A stretch of 64,000 bases of DNA from a virus. Taxonomy: Duplodnaviria > Heunggongvirae > Uroviricota > Caudoviricetes. Shown in pieces: positions 58,639 through 64,000 of this stretch. Below the pieces are notes generated by a model that was given only the letters and a program-made list of their open reading frames with translations, made no database searches and had not been told where the DNA came from. The stretch lies in the IMG/VR virus record IMGVR_UViG_3300020685_000002. One strand, written 5' to 3'. Both the position numbers and the translations under genes were made by a program. Each line of letters begins with the position of its first letter. The first letter of the stretch is position 1.

Positions 58639-59492
58639 AACAAATTATAATATTATGTTTAGCGTTATTTCTTGTTGCGTGTTCTGATGTTCCTAATGGC
58701 TATGTTGGAATTAAAATAAACAAATTGGGTTCTGATAAAGGTATTGAAAATCAAACCCTTCCTGTTGGTAGGTATTGGTTAACACCTAATGAACAACTGT
58801 TTATTTTTCCAATGTTTACTCAAACACATGTCTGGACTCAAAATGTAACTGAAGGATCTCCTACAGATGAAAGTTTTTCTTTTCAAACTATTGAAGGGAT
58901 GACTGTTAATACAGATATTGGTATAACATATTCTCTGGACCCAAATAAAGTTTCTATTGTCTTCCAAAAATATCGTAAAGGTATTGATGAAATTACTAGC
59001 TCTGTTCTGAGATCTATGGTTAGAGATTCTCTAATTAATGCTGCTTCAACAAAACCTATTGAAACTGTTTATGGATCGGGTAAAGCTTCTCTTATCAAAG
59101 AAGTTGAAGATTCTGTTAAAATTCAATGTGTTGAAATTGGGATAAATATTGAACATGTATACTGGGTTGGTGGATTAAGATTGCCTGAATCAATTATTTC
59201 TTCTATTAATGCAAAAGCAGCTGCCTCTCAGATGACTGCTCAGAGGGAACAAGAAATCCAACAATCTAAAGCGGAAGCTGATAAGAAAATCCAAGAAGCT
59301 AGAGGTGATGCGGAATCAACTCTTCTGAGAGCAAATGCTGAAGCTCAAGCAATTTTAATTAAAGGTAAAGCTATTTCTGATAATCCTCAGATTATTGAAT
59401 TGTCAAAAATTGAAAAATGGAATGGAATTTTACCACAAATCACTGGTAATGCAGGCACTTTAGTCCAGCTAAGTCCAGTTCAGGTCAAATAA
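58635..59492 (+). CDS. SPFH/band-7 (stomatin/prohibitin/HflK-like) lipoprotein.
   Basis: Signal peptide with a lipobox (LFLVAC|S). The SPFH domain pattern is followed by a coiled-coil region AQREQEIQQSKAEADKKIQEARGDAE. Confidence 0.55.
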   Translation: MKQIIILCLALFLVACSDVPNGYVGIKINKLGSDKGIENQTLPVGRYWLTPNEQLFIFPMFTQTHVWTQNVTEGSPTDESFSFQTIEGMTVNTDIGITYSLDPNKVSIVFQKYRKGIDEITSSVLRSMVRDSLINAASTKPIETVYGSGKASLIKEVEDSVKIQCVEIGINIEHVYWVGGLRLPESIISSINAKAAASQMTAQREQEIQQSKAEADKKIQEARGDAESTLLRANAEAQAILIKGKAISDNPQIIELSKIEKWNGILPQITGNAGTLVQLSPVQVK

Positions 59493-59526
59493 ATAGATAA
59501 AATAAACGAAAAAAGAAAGGATTCAA

Positions 59527-59670
59527 ATGAAATATCAAATAATCTGTGAAGAATGTGACTCTGAATATATTATCTTCTCTGAAGATGATCTCTATCAAGA
59601 TGATCCCTCTTTCTGTGCAATTTGCTCTGAACCTATTTCTCCTGATATTATTGAAGAAGATGAAGAATAA
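59527..59670 (+). CDS. Small zinc-ribbon protein (47 aa, below the track length cutoff).
   Basis: ATG with an AAGGA ribosome-binding site. CEECDS...CAICSE forms two CxxC pairs. The C-terminus is acidic. Confidence 0.4.
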   Translation: MKYQIICEECDSEYIIFSEDDLYQDDPSFCAICSEPISPDIIEEDEE

Positions 59671-59925
59671 AATCTTCTAATGAATTCTAATGAATTCTAA
59701 TGAATTCTAATGAAGAATAAAATCTAACCTTCTCCCGAGGTCAGGTAATGGGAGTATTCTCCTAGTCCTTTTGCTGTTTCGACTATAACTAAACAGTATC
59801 CCTCTAAATCTCTCCTCTGAGGCTAAATCTCAACTCTTCTATACCTTTCTCCCTCTACTAATAAATCACCACTCCAATCTCTCCTAAATATCTCTATCTG
59901 AAACTTATATCTCTCTCTCTATCTA

Positions 59926-60369
59926 ATGGAAAATCTAATCCAACCCTCCTGGATCTACCAATCTCTTCCTCTTCTATCTCCTCCTGAAAATGCTATTGCC
60001 TTTGTCTATCTTATCTATAATCCCTCTACTAATAAATCCTATATCGGGAAAAAACAATTCTTCTCGAAAAAAATCTCGCAAAAATCTATTACTCAAATTG
60101 ATGGCTCTAAAATTGTAAAAAAGAAAAAATTGACTGTGGAATCTGATTGGAAATCCTATAATGGCTCTAACTCTTCTCTTATTGAACATGCTAAAATACA
60201 TCTTCTTGAAAAAACAATTCTCCATATCTGCTACTCAAAATCTCATGCTTCCTATCTGGAACTGAAAGAACAAATGTCTAGGGATGTTATTCTCTCTTCT
60301 CTCTACTATAATGACTGGGTCTCTGCTAAAATTACTAGGAAACATCTGCAAAAATTTCAAAAATTCTGA
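59926..60369 (+). CDS. GIY-YIG family endonuclease (seg-like homing endonuclease).
   Basis: The GIY-YIG core VYLIYNPSTNKSYIGKK is present. The gene sits in a CT-rich compositional island. Confidence 0.6.
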   Translation: MENLIQPSWIYQSLPLLSPPENAIAFVYLIYNPSTNKSYIGKKQFFSKKISQKSITQIDGSKIVKKKKLTVESDWKSYNGSNSSLIEHAKIHLLEKTILHICYSKSHASYLELKEQMSRDVILSSLYYNDWVSAKITRKHLQKFQKF

Positions 60370-60442
60370 TTTTTATTGCTTGACTTTTCTATCTTCTTAT
60401 AGTATAATATCTCTATGAATTTGATAATTGTGTCTGTGATAA

Positions 60443-60912
60443 TGGTGTCTTTGTATGATCTGAATCTTTGAATCTTTGTTCGAATCTTTGAATCTTTGTT
60501 CGAATCTTCGAATCTTTGAATCTTTGTTTGAATCTTTGTTCGAATCTTTGAATCTTTGTTCGAATCTTCGAATCTTTGTTCGAATCTTTGAATCTTTGAA
60601 TCTTTGAATCTTTGTTCGAATCTTTGTTCGAATCTTTGAATCTTTGTTCGAATCTTTGTTCGAATCTTTGAATCTTTGTTCGAATCTTTGTTCGAATCTT
60701 TGTTCGAATCTTCGAATCTTCGAATCTTCGAATCTTTGAATCTTTGTTCGAATCTTTGTTCGAATCTTTGAATCTTTGTTCGAATCTTTGAATCTTTGAA
60801 TCTTTGTTCGAATCTTTGAATCTTTGAATCTTTGTTCGAATCTTTGAATCTTTGAATCTTTGTTCGAATCTTTGAATCTTTGTTCGAATCTTTGTTCGAA
60901 TCTTTGTTCGAG
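60443..60912. repeat. Tandem repeat array of about 470 bp built from 8-mer GAATCTT(T/C) units with frequent GTTC insertions giving 12-mers.
   Basis: GAATCTTTGTTCGAATCTTTGAATCTTT.. is repeated about 45 times. All frames contain stops, so the array is non-coding. Confidence 0.9.
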
Positions 60913-60957
60913 AAAATATTAATTAAAGAAATTATAAATAGGTCTAAGTCAACTAAG

Positions 60958-61200
60958 AACTATTTACAGTTATTTACAGTTATTTACAGTTAATTACAGT
61001 TAATTACAGTTATTTACAGTTAATTACAGTTAATTACAGTTAATTACAGTTAATTGCAGTTAGATCCAGCTATTTACAGTTAATTGCAGTTAGACCCAGC
61101 TATTTACAGTTAATTACAGTTAGATCCAGCTAATTACAGATATTTACAGCTAATTACAGTTAATTACAGTTAGATCCAGATATTTACAGATAGATTCAGA
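60958..61200. repeat. Tandem 10-bp repeat array (T(A/T)ATTACAGT, about 22 copies, with TAGATCCAGC variants).
   Basis: The 10-bp period matches helical phasing. The array is non-coding. Confidence 0.85.
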
Positions 61201-61441
61201 TAAATACGATGTTATCTTTCTCTAATATATAAAGAGTAATTGGTATTTATTCAGGTTAAATCAAGAAAAGAACAATTGCGGGACAATTTCCGTTAAAAGA
61301 TATTAGAATACTAGATATAGTGTTTGTGCACTAGATATAGTATTTTATTTTAGGCAATACTATATGTAGTAGTAGACCCTTAGGGGTAGATACTAGATGT
61401 AGTAGTAATTTATAAAAACATTCAGAAAAAGGTGAAAAATT

Positions 61442-61669
61442 ATGGCAGAACAAGAGATTAAAACAGAAGAAGCGACAATCACATTCCGAGGAAAGGAATA
61501 TTTTGTGAAGGATTTAAGCCCCGAAGCAAACAGATACGTTGAGCAGATATTAGATTTAGAGAAGAAGATCAGAAGTACAGGATTAGATTTAGAGCAGTAT
61601 CATTTCGCCAACGAGTATTTCAACGAGATGTTATTCAGAGCATTAGAGCCAGTAGAAGAAGAAGAGTAG
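61442..61669 (+). CDS. Hypothetical small acidic protein.
   Basis: Ribosome-binding site AAAAAGGTGAAAAATT ATG. The ORF is followed by a strong terminator. Confidence 0.45.
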   Translation: MAEQEIKTEEATITFRGKEYFVKDLSPEANRYVEQILDLEKKIRSTGLDLEQYHFANEYFNEMLFRALEPVEEEE

Positions 61670-61680
61670 AAGAGAGAGAG

Positions 61681-61710
61681 AGGGGAGTTATAGAGACTCC
61701 CCTTTTTTTT
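61681..61710 (+). terminator. Rho-independent terminator.
   Basis: GGGGAGT-TATAGAG-ACTCCCC hairpin followed by T8. Confidence 0.8.
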
Positions 61711-62194
61711 ATTGTTGATTAGTTTTATAGAGAAAGCTCCTAGATAGAGATTCCCCATTAGATTTAGTAACTTGATTAGTCAATTCAAATTGAGTAATCG
61801 AGGAGTCGAAGGGACCGATATTAGTAGCAGTTTTAGCACCACTAGAACCAGAAGACTGTATATTCACATTAGCAGAAGCAGACCAAGTTGACAGAGTAAT
61901 AGATTGATATGGGAGAAGCCATAGATCCCAAGGAGTTGCAGTAAACACCGCAGTACCAGAAGTAGTATCCCCTTGATTCCAAGTAGGTTCAACCGAGCCA
62001 GAGACCCCATTAGTAGTACAGATATAGTAATAGCCATTATCTACAGAAGGACGAACAACATCATCCAGACGATAGACAGCATTTGGCACAACTGTTTGCG
62101 CACCCCAGAAAACAGATACAATAGTAGTATCATCAGGATCAACAAACCCAGATATTTTCAGAGGACCTTTTTGGTTAGGAGAATATGTTTGCAT
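61709..62194 (-). CDS. Putative tail-fibre-associated or structural protein.
   Basis: A Ser/Thr/Gly/Asn-rich beta-type composition. It lies immediately downstream of the repetitive fibre-like gene on the minus strand. Confidence 0.4.
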   Translation of the reverse strand: MQTYSPNQKGPLKISGFVDPDDTTIVSVFWGAQTVVPNAVYRLDDVVRPSVDNGYYYICTTNGVSGSVEPTWNQGDTTSGTAVFTATPWDLWLLPYQSITLSTWSASANVNIQSSGSSGAKTATNIGPFDSSITQFELTNQVTKSNGESLSRSFLYKTNQQ

Positions 62195-62198
62195 AGAA

Positions 62199-64000
62199 TT
62201 ATTCCAATTTAATTAGTATGTTATTATCAGGTTGTTTAATAAGATACTTATTATCCCCTTCTAGGATTTTAACAGAGGTATCTAAAGGTTTAATCAAGTA
62301 AGTATAATCAGGAGCTTTAATTAATATTCTGTGAGTATTACCATAAATAAGAGTAACTAGAGCTACTGGAAATACATTACAAATAGCAGAGATATTACCT
62401 GCCAAAAGAATATTTGTTCTTAGATTCGATGTAGCTGTAGAAACTGCAGCTACATTAGAAGCTAATTGTATACTTGTTATTAAATTAATTGGCCTAATAG
62501 TAGAAACTGCAGCTACATTAGAAGCTAATTGTATACTTGTTATTAAATTAATTGGCCTAATAGTAGAGAATACAGATACAATTGATGCAAGTTGTATACT
62601 TGTATATAGAGTAGCATTAGTCGATACAACACAAAGATCAACAGAAGCAAGTTGAATATTTGTATGTAGATTAGCATTAGTCGATACAACAGAAGTAACA
62701 ATAGAAGCTAATTGTATACTTGTGTGTAAAGTGGCATTAGTTGATACAACACATAGATCAACAGAAGCAAGTTGAATATTTGTATGTAGATTAGCATTAG
62801 TCGATACAACAGAAGTAACAATAGAAGCTAATTGTATACTTGTGTGTAAAGTGGCATTAGTCGATACAACACATAAATCAATAGAAGCTAATTGAATATT
62901 TGTTCTTAGATTCGATGTAGCTGTAGAAACAACAGTTACATTTGATGTTAGTTCTATGCTTGTATGTAGAGTAGCATTAGTCGATACAATACATAAATCA
63001 ACAGAAGTTAGTTGAATGTTTGTATTTAAATTAATTGGACTAATTGATACAACAGATGCTAAAGTATTTGATGCAAGTTGTATACTTGTATGTAGAGTAG
63101 CATTAGTAGATACAACACACAGATCAATAGAAGCTAGTTGTATGTTTGTATTTAGATTCGATGTAGCTGTAGAAACTGTAGATACATTAGAAGCTAATTG
63201 TATGTTTGTATTTAAATCAATTGGGTTAATTGATACGACAGATGCTAAAGTATTTGATGCTAATACAATATTTGTATTTAACGAAGCATTAGTCGATACA
63301 ACACACAGATCAACAGAAGCTAGTTGTATGTTTGTATTTAAATCAGCAGGGCTAATAGATACAACAGAAGAAATATTTGATGCTAATACAATATTTGTAT
63401 TTAACGAAGCATTTGTCGCTACAACACACAGATCAACAGAAGCTAGTTGTATAGCAGTTGTTAGGCTAGAAGAAGCAGTAGAAACAACAGATACATTAGA
63501 AGCCAGTTTGATATTTGTGTTAAGAACAGCATTAGTTGATACAACACATAAATCAACAGAAGCTAGTTGTATAGCAGTTGTTAGATTAGAAGAAGCAGTA
63601 GAAACAACAGATACATTAGAAGCTAGTTTGATATTTGTGTTAAGAACAGCATTAGTTGATACAACACACAGATCAACAGAAGCTAGTTGTATAGCAGTTG
63701 TTAGGCTAGAAGAAGCAGTAGAAACAACAGATACATTAGAAGCTAGTTGGATGTTTGTATTTAAATTAACAGAAGTAACAGATACAACAGATGTTAAGAT
63801 ATTTGATGCTAATGTAATATATGTTCTTAAATCAATTGGACTAATTGATACGACAGATGCTAAAGTATTTGATGCTAATGTGATATTTGTTCTTAACGAA
63901 GCATTAGTCGATACAACACACAGATCAACAGAAGCTAGTTGGATGTTTGTATTTAAATTAACAGAAGTAACAGATACAACAGATGTTAAGATATTTGATG
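62199..64000 (-). CDS. Large repetitive fibre-like protein (3' end at 62199). The reading frame stays open on the minus strand across the hand-translated segments (62403-62470 and 62581-62640), and the 60-bp repeat extends to the window end. It is made of tandem 20-aa repeats.
   Basis: The track shows only the last 68 codons, from an internal TTG. Manual translation upstream gives stop-free repeats such as ..TNIQLASNVAAVSTIRPINLI.. . The DNA is built from about 60-bp tandem units and the repeats contain no Met. Confidence 0.6.
   Translation of the reverse strand, partial: SNILTSVVSVTSVNLNTNIQLASVDLCVVSTNASLRTNITLASNTLASVVSISPIDLRTYITLASNILTSVVSVTSVNLNTNIQLASNVSVVSTASSSLTTAIQLASVDLCVVSTNAVLNTNIKLASNVSVVSTASSNLTTAIQLASVDLCVVSTNAVLNTNIKLASNVSVVSTASSSLTTAIQLASVDLCVVATNASLNTNIVLASNISSVVSISPADLNTNIQLASVDLCVVSTNASLNTNIVLASNTLASVVSINPIDLNTNIQLASNVSTVSTATSNLNTNIQLASIDLCVVSTNATLHTSIQLASNTLASVVSISPINLNTNIQLTSVDLCIVSTNATLHTSIELTSNVTVVSTATSNLRTNIQLASIDLCVVSTNATLHTSIQLASIVTSVVSTNANLHTNIQLASVDLCVVSTNATLHTSIQLASIVTSVVSTNANLHTNIQLASVDLCVVSTNATLYTSIQLASIVSVFSTIRPINLITSIQLASNVAAVSTIRPINLITSIQLASNVAAVSTATSNLRTNILLAGNISAICNVFPVALVTLIYGNTHRILIKAPDYTYLIKPLDTSVKILEGDNKYLIKQPDNNILIKLE
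62400..64000. repeat. About 26 tandem imperfect copies of a 60-bp unit (..TCGATACAACACA(G/T)A(G/A)ATCAACAGAAGC(A/T)AGTTG(A/T)AT(A/G)TTTGTAT(G/T)TAG(A/G)TTAGCATTAG..) lying within the fibre-like CDS.
   Basis: The unit is visible directly. The 60-bp period keeps the frame (20 aa). Confidence 0.85.

Noticed and set aside
60443-60912. A repeat-encoded low-complexity protein.
   Set aside because: All three plus-strand frames hit stop codons (GAATCTTTGA..). No ORF of 60 aa or more spans the array on either strand.
60443-61200. Reading the repeat arrays as a CRISPR array.
   Set aside because: The units are 8-12 bp and head-to-tail without unique spacers. They are minisatellite or iteron-like, not CRISPR repeats.

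Overview
This window is an AT-rich T4-like myovirus segment. Gene content and order resemble marine cyano- and pelagimyophages: g20 (5' truncated), a small core protein, g21, g22, g23, g3, uvsY, uvsW, g55, g47, g46, then g45, g44, g62, regA, g43, uvsX, g41, then g61, thyX, mazG, nrdB, nrdA. Several non-core modules sit on top of this backbone:
1. A minus-strand pair between g23 and g3: a P4H/lysyl-hydroxylase-type 2OG-Fe(II) oxygenase plus a GT-B glycosyltransferase.
2. Five tRNA or tRNA-like genes, a dNMP kinase, a GT-A-like protein and a peptide-deformylase-like protein with degenerate catalytic motifs, all between g46 and g45.
3. uvsX and nrdA each fractured into two separately translated genes by canonical split inteins (IntN about 93-106 aa, IntC 34-35 aa).
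4. A roughly 14.7 kb sugar-nucleotide and glycosyltransferase island. It encodes Gmd, Fcl/ColC-like, ColD-like and RfbH/E1-like PMP dehydratases, a split TPP enzyme, SDR epimerases, and GT2, GT10 and GT11 fucosyltransferase-type enzymes.
5. A cluster of proteins whose N-termini match the T4 capsid-targeting sequence (MKxFKQF..LxE). One looks like an Rnl1-type RNA ligase and one is a HAD/PNK-type phosphatase. A P-loop PNK-like kinase gene lies next to them. This may be a capsid-packaged RNA repair or anti-defence kit.
6. A CT-rich compositional island with a GIY-YIG endonuclease, flanked by about 0.5 kb of 8/12-bp and 10-bp tandem repeat arrays.
7. A 3' minus-strand gene built from tandem 60-bp (20 aa) repeats that looks like a tail fibre.
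Sigma70-consensus early promoters, TATAAATA late promoters and rho-independent terminators are also called.
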